DNA of 64,000 bases. Source: Haliotis cracherodii. Lineage: Eukaryota. The position numbers were made by a program, and so were the translations under genes. Positions 51,765 through 64,000 of this stretch are shown one piece after another (the first letter of the stretch is position 1; each line of letters opens with the position of its first letter). The notes beneath the pieces were generated by a model. The model was not told where the DNA came from. It worked only from the letters and a program-made list of their open reading frames with translations, and made no database searches. Location: assembly GCF_022045235.1 (NCBI RefSeq), contig NW_027266265.1, positions 32,426,001-32,490,000 on the forward strand, written 5' to 3'.

Positions 51765-54009
51765 CCCATCCCTTAACATAGACTTACGACAGTCGTAGCG
51801 CTACTCTACTCGCATAAACCCTGTCTCTTGGTGATGATGTTACGGGTGCTTCCGTGGGCCGTATTGTACAGCCCTTTGTAATCAAGGTAAATGTCTTTTG
51901 TTGATTTCCGACTCAATCGTTTTTTATTTATCAATAACTTCTGATTATAAAAAAAAGCGTTGATCAGAAATTCCAGATTACTGGGCGGTTTACGTTGTCA
52001 CTATCCAGCTGTTGTTTAGAGAACATGGTGATGGCTTGATTATCGACTTTAACCACAAACACATAATCCATATCGGCTGTTGCAGTGTGAGGTGAGCTCA
52101 ACATTATGTTTGGGACCAGCTTTGTTTAGTTACTGATAACAATTACCTGGACGTGAGTATTGTAGCGTTATTGTAATGATAGCTGTTATGCGAGTGGTCA
52201 AAGTTTTGTTTGTGTACACTGTAGGTGGTATCTGGCAGATCTGATCCGGGGGGAGAGGAGATGATCCTCCATATGAAAAAATACCCCATGGAATCTATGT
52301 AATTAGACTGGAACTACGGAGACAGCCGACTAGTCTGAACAACTTCTATACACGGGTAAGTGCGCGTGCAGGGTGTGCAGAAGCAGATACCCCCCCCCTC
52401 CCCATCCCCCACCCCACCCCCGAACAGATCTGCCCAAGTGTGCGTGCGTGTCACACTCTTTTTTTAAATCAGATCTTAATGCTCGCTTCCGCTACGCATA
52501 GCTCACAACTAACACTGTGATATGTTGTTATATTAAAGAGAAGGTGTGAGTGGGTGTGTCAAAACAAGGATAGATGGGGATACTGACGATCTATCGATGT
52601 AATAAATGATTTGGGTTATATTGAGTTCATGTCAATATGTTTCAATAAGTCATCGACGAACGGCGTGTTAGCTATGGTTAAAGCGTTAGTTCACTGTCTA
52701 TAAAACTGGGGTTCGAATCCACACCATGGCTGCAATGCGTTAGACTCAATGCGTTGTCCCGGCGTCACTGTGATATGTTTAGAACGTTTATTGCATGCAT
52801 ACTCAGAAACTCTAATTATAGACATGAGGCTTATTAGATTACACCCCGGATTCCTCCCACAGGAGTGTCGGATTAAGGTTCGAATTGCGTCACATTTCAT
52901 ACAAAGAAGATACTACAACATGCCAGTCATCACATGACAGAAAATGTGTTGTACTCCGTATAGTATGTATCATAAGGGGAGAGCACTCTACCACACAGGA
53001 AGTACGTCGTGGGAAGTAAAACCGGTGTCAACATGAAGAAATTGACGAATGTTATCTGAAGTAAAATCACAGTACCGTCCCTTGATGTGAAATATCGTAA
53101 GGTAATATTGAACCATTGTAAACCGAAGTATTTGACAAAACTATTTATGTATATAGGGACATTACGTCAATGTGTCCAAACTGTCACTGTTTGTTAACCT
53201 CTTTAGAAATTGGAAGTTTTTAAGCTGAGTAACCTGGTTTTGAACGGCCACATGCCAACGATATGACCTAACAACGAAACCAGGCCTGTGGCAATACTGT
53301 ATGCTACAGACTTTACGATGAAAGGTAGCGGTACGATAAATGTGAAAACTTGACACTTGTGTTAAGAGACGTGTCTAGTAATATCAAGGCCTAAGTGAAA
53401 AGCTGGAGATCCAATATGTCCAACCAAAATATATTCAGCGTAATTGTAATTTGAAGTCATTCAGAAATAATACTGGCTTCAGAACTCTTATAGGAAAGAC
53501 TTCTGCCCATTTCCCAAATCCCAAAGTTATATATGGCAACTCCCTTCTTCTAAACCACCTAATATAGCAAATATCTCACCCAATATGTTTATTATTATAT
53601 GTTTCATACCATGTCCTATGCAGTGCCACTCAATCCTTATAATTATATATATCTTGACGTATCCAAATTTCGAAACAGTTAAGTTTGCATTGCTGATATT
53701 TGAGGGATGATTGAATGAAAACTAAAATTCTCCTTCATACCATTAGGTGATGTCTTCAACAATAGCATACAGCTACATTCCTAAAGAAAAACAATCTCTC
53801 TAAAAGGCGTGACCTCCATTGCATTGTCTGACAACTGGTAGTCTAAAACACATACTTACTGTACCCCTCTGACAAGTATAAATTGGTGCGGCTCCCATGG
53901 CCGAAAGATACGAACACGCAAAGCCATTTAGAAAGTAGTCAAATTGTTATAGAGAGGGGTACACAAAGTACGTGTTCTAGACTACCAGTTATCAAACTTT
54001 CATTTTTGT

Positions 54010-54255
54010 GGAAGGCTCGATGGCTTAGTGGGTTAGATTGCTGACTTTGTGTGTTGGCGATTAGGTGTCTCACTTTGCTAGTGTGGGTTCGAATCCTGGA
54101 TGGGACTCAACACAAAAAAAGTAGGAGAATTTGTTATCCCAAATATAACATTTGTTCCATTTTAACACTTTCTAAATGGCCTTGTGTGTTCATAGACATG
54201 TTTCGGTGCACAGTTCTCAACATAATTCTTGCAGGTCGGCATTAAAACTAAAACT
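54010..54255 (+). mobile_element. SINE family E (tRNA-like head); second copy at about 39333-39522
   Basis: TGGCTTAGTGGGTTAG...GGGTTCGAATCC head and shared body GTTATCCCAAATA..ACATTTGTT..ATTT..CACTTTCT in both copies. Confidence 0.7.
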
Positions 54256-54742
54256 AATTATAATCTTATAGTTTAAAACTGATTCACAAAAAATGGATAT
54301 TTGTCACAATTTTACTCTTCCTTTTCATTATAACACCAGCACCAAAATCCTGAAAGACGACAGAGCGTTCTGACTGGAATACAATACTTCACATGAACCC
54401 ACTATTCACAAGTCTGACGTTTGCAAAGTCGGCAGCTTTGATGATGTCACACCTCTAATTATCAATGATTATAACTCAATAACTCACTATCAATATGACT
54501 TCGAAAATAGGTGTTGTTAAAAAAGTGCTGCTCGATTATATATTTTGAGTGGGGGGTGTACGGGCAGAAGTCTTACTGTTTGTCGGATTAAATACCGGTT
54601 GCCATGATATAGCTGGAATATTGCTAACTGGTGTAACACAACAAACAAACAAACATGTATCTATTGCTTTATCCTCCTGTTTGTGACACACAATCCCTTG
54701 TTTTACCTGTTCTAGGTGCTGTTGTCCCTCAACATGATGTAA

Positions 54743-55911
<1,169 letters not shown>

Positions 55912-56342
55912 GTGAGTGACCTTCACAGGGACTTGTGTAGCCTCTGTTTTCTTGTCCTCGATCATGTCGCTGTCCAGTCTACATGGTGTTTAATAAACAC
56001 TACTCAACATTTGATTGGGACATTTCTGCTATTTCTTGACATACAAAACCACCTCGGCAAAGTTGAGTTGTGTATTTCTATTAGGATAAATACCCTGGAA
56101 ATAATTTGCTGCCAAATCTTTGTTTCACCATCCCTATCTCGTGTACCAGTAACCCAGCGCAGAATTTCTCGATCATGAGCTTGAAATAATAAAACAAGTC
56201 AAAGGGACTCTTCTGATTCTGTTTTGATATTTATACTTGAATCAAAAGACTTCTAAAGGATGTTTAAGCGGGAAAATATATTTTCCTGAGTATAAGATGG
56301 GGGAGTGATTTCCTATGCTATCAGACATTCACAGTTGTATTT

Positions 56343-56618
56343 GGGGCATGGGTGGCCCAGTTGTCTAAGGCGCCGCGATTCACTGTGCAGAGTTGCGTCC
56401 CTTCGGCACGCCAGAAACCTATGATTGTGGGTTCGAATCCCAGTTCGCCCAAAATAATTTTCTAGGTTTGTCAGCACCATACCCGTGCTCGTGGGTTTCA
56501 ACGAAGTGGTAAACGTCTGTGACCTGCATCACTTCGGGCTTTCCTCTCAGATTAAGCTGACACGCTGTGATATAACTGGAATACTGTTAAAAACGGAGTT
56601 AAACCCAACTCACTCACT
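56343..56618 (+). mobile_element. SINE family B copy
   Basis: Colinear with 59960-60243; imperfect TSD CACAGTTGTATTT / CATAGTTGTTTTT. Confidence 0.87.
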
Positions 56619-57529
56619 CATAGTTGTTTTTGATTTTGAGACAAGTGTGTCAGGTAAAGACGAAATTGCTTGTTTCAGTCAAGAACTAACAGGGTAATTA
56701 CACTGGATGGCTAACACATGGCTAATTAGCACCGTGTATTTCGAACCGGGTTCAAAATGAAGTGGTCGCAAAAGGGTCCAGGATATTTATCAAAATGGAA
56801 TGGAAGTATGATTATATGACATGATCATGATAATGATACACTGGATAGTAGAGAGGATGCTATTTTCTTTGCTTGGCTTGTAACCATGGTAACATGTTCA
56901 ACCCGATAACATTATCACAAGAGACATCACTACTCGGGATGGGTGGCCTTCGATGAAGGAATTGTAAGATGCTGATATTTTGATGAAAATGTAGTGAAAT
57001 TAATGGATGTAAATTCCTGTCTTTAATGGATAATGTCTTCAGAAGTTGGGTGTGGTGCTGTCAGAAGTGGAGCACCTTGTCGAGTTCTTTAGTTCTTGCA
57101 TATAACTGATGCTAGACTTGTGCCTGAATTTTAAACAAAAGAATTTCTGGTTTCAAATAATGGCAACATTCTGTCAGTTTGCTTTTTGTTTGAGGAGCGA
57201 ATGATGATGTGGCATGAATGGTACATATTACTTTTATCCACTTCTTTTTTTCACTTTTATTTGAATGTACTGTTTTCAGAGAATCTCATTGAGATCAGAT
57301 CCTTTGTTTTTAATTCATGATCTTAGTGTCTTTATCTGACAACCCTCCATCAGAGGTCACACCTGGTGAGCCAAAGCTCCTTCCCAGCGCGTGACTCCTT
57401 CGTTACCCTCCCGGTATCATCGCTGCACTATTGTCCAAGGAGCCATTACACGAACCTTGAATTTTGTCCTCCCACCCCAAATGTGGTGACATTTATATTT
57501 TTGGGAATGTCATTACATTAGTATCGTTA

Positions 57530-57920
57530 AAATAGCAAGGCACCCATCAAAAATTGCAACAGAAATGATTTCAAGTGATTTACACTCAGAATTTATCCCT
57601 TTAGAACATATAGAAAGTCTAACAAAATTGGAGTGGTGGAACACGGTCAAATTTGACCCCAATGGTCGGGTGTGTGTGTGTCAAGGCCACTGTGAAGCAC
57701 TTATGATTTTTTTCATTTTTGTTTCAATTGTGTCATGATGGATATCAAATGAAAACTCTCTTCATAAGCTTTTCAGAAATACATACTTTGTCAATGTGAG
57801 ATATATACATCTTGAGAAATACAAAAACAGCATATGATAAACAATAAAGGGATAAATTCTTAGTGTAAATCAGTTGAAATCATTTTTGTTACAATTTGTG
57901 GTGGGTTGGGTCTATATTTG
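57530..57920. mobile_element. MITE-like element with inverted arms of about 60 bp
   Basis: 57544-57603 is the imperfect reverse complement of 57845-57905. Confidence 0.7.
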
Positions 57921-57936
57921 TCTAGACTGACTGGAC

Positions 57937-57993
57937 TTAATAGTGAATTTTCGAATGGTTTACATTGTAAACCATTCGAAAATTCACTATTAA
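57937..57993. repeat. Perfect 57-bp palindrome (28-bp arms, 1-nt spacer)
   Basis: TTAATAGTGAATTTTCGAATGGTTTACA-T-TGTAAACCATTCGAAAATTCACTATTAA. Confidence 0.95.
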
Positions 57994-58690
57994 CTGATTT
58001 ATTTACAACTGATTTACTATTTTCCAGATGAATTTACATTTGTTTGTTTAATCAGATAGGCTCAAGATTGCTGACTAATAGAAAAGCACCCAATTTCCCC
58101 CTTGCTTGATAGTTGAATGAAATAGGAATTCACACAGACAAATAATGAAAACAATTTAGCAAGGGGAAGAGTATCTGGCATCAGACAGTCGTCACTTGTT
58201 TGTAAACATAATGGCCAGGCAGGTGTGAGTTTATCTCCATGCATCGTTGTGGTCGTCTATCACAATGAGGAGTCTAGTGGCACTGATAGTATAGAGAGCT
58301 CTGCAAATGGGCTGTTGCTGTGAGGAGCTTGATGGTGAGCCCTGAGCAAACTTTGGGCATCCAAAATGAAGGTTGTGTGAGATTTTGAGCCAGTCATATG
58401 CAAGCTTTCTAAAACGTTTTGGCCTCAATATAAAGAACTGTATGTCTGCACAATCCATTGTCTGCTTGGTAATTTGCTTTATCACGTTTATTGCCACTGT
58501 CCCTGATTTTGAAATTTGAAGTGCACTGAAGACAACAGCAGCAGAACACAAACGTTCCCTCGACAGAACACCAATTTGGGTGTAGATGCCATGGTGCTTT
58601 GAAAGTATAGGGTATAATTTGCTGCAAAACAAAATAGCACTGTTATTGTTATCTCCATTCATAACAGCCTGTTTAGGTTCATTTTCAAGA

Positions 58691-58852
58691 GTGGCGGTCG
58701 GGTAGCCTAGTGGTTAAAGCATTGGCTTGTCACGCCGAAGACCCGGGTTTGATTCCCGACATGGGTACAATGTGTGAAGCCCATTTCTGGTGTCCCCCGC
58801 CGTGATATTGCTGGAATATTGCTAAAAGCGGCGTAAAACCATACTCACTCAC
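58691..58852 (+). mobile_element. SINE family A, inserted into an older dispersed repeat
   Basis: 12-bp TSD TCATTTTCAAGA at 58679-58690 and 58853-58864. The host repeat is similar to 28075-28375 and 42070-42260. Confidence 0.9.
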
Positions 58853-59959
58853 TCATTTTCAAGATGACATCAGATATGCTGTTTAGAATGCTTTGTTCAC
58901 TCAAATTTAGATGTCTCCTATCTGATTGGCTGATTAGAGATACCTATTTTTCAAAAATGAACATAATACATAATCATGGTAATAATAATCATGATAATAA
59001 TATCATTGTGGTTCATCTGTAAGTGGAAATATGCTCAATAGGGTATTAGTATTTTTTGAAATTATGACAGATAGCAAACTTGATATTTCTTCGACTTGAA
59101 TCCATTGTGTTGTTGTCAGGTGAAGGCATCTAAGGTTTAACAGTTTTTCAAAACATTAACAAGGTGTTGAAATCTTGTTTAAGGCTAAACAAATCTTTCG
59201 TTTCTCATATCTTGGTTCAACCTGCTTTAGCTTGATGGTAATGTGCTTGCTCGTTGTGCAGCAAATCTAGGCTATTATTTTTGTATTTGTGGGATCACAG
59301 ATTGTTTTTAATCAAAGTCAGGAGTTGGAGGAGAGAATAAGAATTATGAAGAAAGGGTGACATCAGCTTTTCTTTTTTGAACTAGATAAGAGGGAAAAAC
59401 AAATAGAAAAAATAAATGAATTCACCTTTTTGGCATCTGTATCACAGACAAGGGACATACTCTAGATTATCTACGACTGGTCAAGTGAACAATTTGGCGA
59501 AATATGAATGTCAAAATGGTAAAGCATCATGTCTAGTGATGTTTCATTAAAAAATTCACATTGTTTGGACCAAGTTTGTTAGCACTGCTTTGTTTACCTT
59601 CACGTTACAATGTATAGTTGTTTACTGCACATAATACTGAAAAAAAAATGTTTTCCCCTAAATACTGCATCTCCGAGAGGGGTGTGTACAATATGCTTGG
59701 GTGCCCACTATAGTCAAGAAAATATGTTACTAAATTGTGCTGAGGACAAGTAAAAGTCCAATGATGGTAGCCCAGATTGATAAGTAGGCTTAATTTTGAA
59801 CTGGTTACAAAATGGAACTCAATAAAACTGACAGAAAATGTGATAGTAAACATATTTTCTTGTTTGGGCATAGCTAGCTAGTCTTCAGGACTAGTCATAC
59901 TTTTTTTTTTAAGGCTGTCCCTCATCTATTAATCATTGTCAGTGATTCATCATGTAGCA

Positions 59960-60243
59960 GGGGGCACGGGTGGCCCAGTTGTCTAAGGCGGCGCGATTCG
60001 CTGTGCAGAGTTGCGTCCCTTGGGCACGCCAGAAACCTATGATTGTGGGTTCGAATCCCAGTTCACCCCGATTATGTTTCTAGGTTTGTCAGCACCATAC
60101 CCGTGCTCGTGGGTTTCACTGAAGTGGTAAACGTCTGCGACCTGCGCCACTTTGGGCTTTCCTCCCACATTAAGCTGACACGCCGTGATATAACTGGAAT
60201 ACTGTTAAAAGTGGCGTTAAACCCAACTCACTCACTCACTCAC
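59960..60243 (+). mobile_element. SINE family B, best-preserved copy
   Basis: Head GGGGCACGGGTGGCCCAGTTGTCTAAGGCG...GTGGGTTCGAATCCCA; tail TGGAATACTGTTAAAAGTGGCGTTAAACCCA(ACTC)n. Degenerate copies near 6830-7030, 18040-18200, 22410-22580, 49250-49480. Confidence 0.9.
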
Positions 60244-60304
60244 TCATGTAACATCTATTGTTGTAAACACCAATGGAGGCAACATGGAGAGCCTTTAACA
60301 ACCA

Positions 60305-60860
60305 ACTCCATATCGCCAGGGCTTGCATTTCCGTAAATTTACACTAACTCCTGGATCCATTCCTGTGGTTCTTAAATAACCTGCCCTTGATTTATGATTC
60401 CAAATTTGATTTGCTATGCTGACAAACAATCCCTCGTAGAAGTTAGCGACTTACATACCAGCGTCATTGTTGGGTTGGTGATAACAACATGGCGGGTAGA
60501 CCCATTGAAAAAAACAACTTTGAAAATGACTGACATGCAAAAGAAAGCTCTCAAAAGTCTTTTTGATGGAAAGGATGTGATTGTCTTCATGTCCATTAAA
60601 ACTGGCGATGGCAAGTCCTCCCATGCCCATTTCCTTTTTCCTTATTTCAACGTTTGATTGGTCGGTAAAATGTTATGAAAATCAAGGGCGAATAATTTGA
60701 GATCGCGAGAACCACAGGAATGGATCCAAGTCAATAGAGTTCAGGGCCCACTTGCACAAAGCGATCTTAGCACTAAGATGATCGTAACTCCTATACTTTA
60801 ACATAGGCTTATGATAGTCTTAGTGCTAAGATCGCTTTGTGCAAGTGGGCCCTGGAGATT
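60305..60860. mobile_element. TIR element hosting the hairpin MITE; related copies at 63312-64000 and 30040-30200
   Basis: TGGATCCATTCCTGTGGTTCT (60351) and AGAACCACAGGAATGGATCCA (60708) are inverted; the same arms recur in the other copies. Confidence 0.7.
60745..60851. mobile_element. 107-bp hairpin MITE, same family
   Basis: Perfect arms GGCCCACTTGCACAAAGCGATCTTAGCACTAAGA; CAG/CTG flanks. Partial copies at 3951-4024, 51397-51803 (split by a SINE) and 61975-62063. Confidence 0.85.
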
Positions 60861-61021
60861 AGTGATGACAAGTGTACTGTGGACCCAAGTCAATATGGCA
60901 CTGGTGTTTAGTGATGAACAAATGTAGGGATGTGGTAACCATGGTAACTGCATCTACTGAGTTGTCTGATGAGGTAGCCTGGCTGCGGCATCTGTCTGGG
61001 ACTGTGTTTGTGTCTATGCAG

Positions 61022-61069
61022 ATTCTAAACACTGGGAAGGCCATGGTGGCTCATCACATACGTTGCTGG
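61022..61069 (+). CDS. SLC66A2: Candidate 48-nt in-frame cassette exon of SLC66A2 (DSKHWEGHGGSSHTLL)
   Basis: TGTGTTTGTGTCTATGCAG acceptor, G|GTAGGA donor, phase 1-1 matching the upstream exon, no stop. Two TGCATG motifs at 61115 and 61136. Confidence 0.5.
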
Positions 61070-62963
61070 GTAGGACTCTTCTCTTCACCTTCTGCCCCCT
61101 CACCCACCCACACCTGCATGACATCTCACATGAACTGCATGACGTCATGACACCTGCTCGTGTCACGTTGGGGCTGTAGTGATCTGCTTGACGTGTTCAA
61201 AATTAAAGATTGAAGTCCAGGGTGCTTGTCAGAGTAAATGTGATAGATTGAGGGGGTCCTTAGGGACTGACCACTTATTATTTAGGGGGTGGAGATGGGG
61301 TGTTTGTTACAGTATGTACTCACCACTTTTGATAGGGATATTGATTATATCCATGATACACAAAAATGATTTTCATTATATGTCAACTGAATATTTAAAT
61401 GTATCTTACATATCTATTTTCCCAATCTAAAATTTAGTAATAAAGTTGTTTTTCAAACCTCTGAAGGGCTAAACACATTTCTCAGATCATCCCGTTAACA
61501 ATTTGGGGGTTATACCCTTCAAATGAGGGGAAAATTATTTTTTTCAACCTTTTCTAGAAGAAGCAATTTTCCCAAAATAATTTAATTTTATTTCATGAAT
61601 GGTAGCATGATATTACTATTGAGATTCTACCGTGACAAAGCATGTCACTACAGCCCCACAGAACAGTCTTACCTGTGGTGTGTCCGTCTTTCTTTGCCTT
61701 CAGTGTTCAGCTTTTTATCTTGTGTTAAACCAAGTGAAGAAAACACTTCATGGTCTGTTTATAATTGATGTGATATTTTCCTGACTGCTGCATCTTTGAC
61801 GGATAAGATAAATAGGACGATACTACTACATATGTGATGTAAAAATGACATTAACATTTTACATGATTATGTTTTTAATATGATATATCAAGGGTTGTGG
61901 TGTGCGGGACTATTGGCAGTCCTTATGCCTGATTACGGCTGACATGTGACATTTATGATAAGGCATTAGTCTGAGACTCGTTCCACTTGCACTAAGACCA
62001 TTGTGAGTTTATGTAAAGTGTGAGACATACGATGGTCTTAGGGCTAAAGTGTGGAACCTGGCCACTTGCAGTCAGCATTCTTTGTGCAATGACTGTTGTA
62101 AATCTATTTTAGAGTAAACTATTTAGGCACCAGGTCATCAGCAAATGTTTGTAAAGATTCCCAATTTGGAATAAACCATATCGTTATGTTGGTTATTACA
62201 CTTTAAAATTATAAATAATTGTAAATCACAAATCACTGCAGTCAACATTGTCACAGTATTCAGTAGAGAACGTAACATGCTCGCAAGACATGTCCCCTGT
62301 TAGGGGTACAATTGACTGCCAGAAAGAGGGTCACTTGTCATGTGACTGCCTGTCAATGTATCACTGATGTTTGCATGTAGCACCATAGTGTGTACATGAT
62401 GTGTCTGTAAGTGTTATTTATCAAATAGTATACAAACTAGGTACAGTTATTGATAATTATACCCGTTATCCCCCAAAATGTTAAAATAATAATTCTACAG
62501 TCACAGTTGCAGAGAAATATCAGTATTAATCTCTTCCACCATGTCAACAAGAGCTAGGGACATGATCGTGAAGACCAGTATTGTGTTCACAGCATCAGAA
62601 ACTTGTTACATGTACGAGAGATGACTCCCCTATCATGTTATATTTGAAACATAAATTTTGAGTTTTTGAGAGAAATGTGCAAAATTTGAGCAAAATTAGC
62701 TGCTTTTGGATTGTGAATTTCTCCAATGTAGATCTACATATTCTTCAGAGACATTATTTGATTATTTTCTTAAAGCTTTTTCATTGCATATGCCAATTTT
62801 CAGGCACATGTTGAAATGTGTTTATTTTCCACCTACAAGTGACTGATAAACAGACCGTGGTACTAGTCATGATCAAGACATTTGTTCAGTTGGTTTATCA
62901 ATGTTTTCTTGGTCCAATCCAGGTCCTCCATTTTTGTCTTTATTGACATGACAGAACCTCTTG

Positions 62964-63234
62964 GACCCATGAAGATCCGGGGTAGAATAGATCTTTAGTA
63001 ACCCATGCTTGCCGTAAAAGGCGACTATGCTTGTCGTAAAAGGCGACTAACAGGATTGGGTGGTCAGGCTCGCTGACTTGGTTGATGTATGTCATCGATC
63101 CCAATAGCGTGGATCGATGCTCATGACATTAATCAATGGATTGTCTGGTCCAGACTCGATTATTTACAGACCGCCATCATATAGCTGGCATATTGCTGAG
63201 TGCGGCGTTAAACAACAAACCAACCAACCAACCA
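62964..63234 (+). mobile_element. Retroposon family C (SINE-like, no tRNA head), TSD-bounded
   Basis: 13-bp TSD ACAGAACCTCTTG at 62951-62963 and 63235-63247; tail TGGCATATTGCTGAGTGCGGCGTTAAAC followed by AAC/AACC repeats. Confidence 0.88.
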
Positions 63235-63642
63235 ACAGAACCTCTTGCATCATGACACAGGACAGCTTGCATCATGACACCCATCCTCAGTATCTCCTGG
63301 GATTGCTTGTTGTTAAACCGGCACTAACCCCTGGATCCTTTCCCGTGGCTCTTGCGATCTCAAATGACCCGCAATTGAGTTTCATTAACATTTTACTGAC
63401 TACTCAAACACTGAGATAAGGAAGAAGGATGTGGGTAAGGAAGGGTTTGCCACCGACAGTTTTAATGGACATGAAAACAACTTTCCATCAAAAAGATTTT
63501 AGATTGCTCTCTTTTGCATGTCAATCAGTTGTTCAATGTTGAATTTCTCGCAAACTCTATTGTAATCAATGGGACTGGTTGCCATGTTGTTGATATCGTC
63601 AACACAACATTAAGGCTGGTTTGTAACTCGCATTCTGATTGG

Positions 63643-63916
63643 TGTGAAGATCCGGGATAGAATAGGTCTTCAGAAACCCATGCTTGCCATAAAGGGCGAC
63701 TATGCTTGTCGTAAGAGGCGACTAACGGGATCGGGTGGTCAGGCTCGCTGACTTGGTTGATACATGTCATCGTATCCCAATTGCGTGGATTGATGCTCAC
63801 GATGTCAAACACTGGATTGTCTGGTCAATACTCGATTATTGACAGACCATCACCATATAGCTGGAATATTGCTGCGTGTGGCGTTAAACATGTTAAACAA
63901 CAAACGACGAAATAAA
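63643..63916 (+). mobile_element. Retroposon family C, inserted in a TIR element
   Basis: Colinear with 62964-63234. 9-bp TSD TCTGATTGG at 63634-63642 and 63917-63925. Confidence 0.87.
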
Positions 63917-64000
63917 TCTGATTGGCTGATGAAAATGATTGGCGGGAAATATGAGATCACAAGAACCACGGGATAGGGTAGAGAGGTTAGTGTAGGTTTA

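Noticed and set aside
57280-57320. Strong-looking acceptor in the PQLC1 intron
   Set aside because: Reading in the required phase reaches TGA within 14 codons and no donor precedes it.
58691-58770. tRNA-Asp-like sequence
   Set aside because: No proper acceptor stem. It continues into a SINE body and tail with a TSD and occurs in many copies, so it is a SINE head; the same holds for families B, D and E.
61654-61677. Possible third in-frame 24-nt PQLC1 exon (CTACAG|...TGTG|GTGTGT)
   Set aside because: Weak polypyrimidine tract and donor; not supportable without transcript data.

Overview
Eukaryotic, intron-rich, AT-rich animal DNA. It is most likely a mollusc, possibly a gastropod, judged from the SINE repertoire; this is inference and not provable here. 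Six spliced protein-coding genes could be reconstructed by hand with GT-AG introns and consistent phases: SmB/SNRPB (-, runs off the left edge), an uncharacterised 176-aa single-pass Sel1-repeat membrane protein (+), roadblock dynein light chain DYNLRB (+), a MATCAP/KIAA0895-family tubulin carboxypeptidase (-), TIM21 (-) and PQLC1/SLC66A2 (+, runs off the right edge). The rest is four minisatellites, at least five SINE families (many with 9-14 bp target-site duplications, several nested), several MITE families and one 136-N gap. There is no CRISPR array or bona fide tRNA/rRNA gene. Most notable: (1) two independent minisatellites are tandem amplifications of a functional 3' splice site, the last unit being the real exon junction; (2) a TSD-bounded retroposon family has no tRNA head and starts at a fixed nucleotide in a predicted pseudoknotted RNA domain, a ribozyme candidate; (3) PQLC1 has candidate in-frame cassette/micro-exons, one with downstream Rbfox motifs; (4) a Harbinger-like hairpin MITE targets CWG sites inside a 4-kb minisatellite; (5) RFX X-boxes and an unnamed GAGTT..CCCTT motif recur in promoters.
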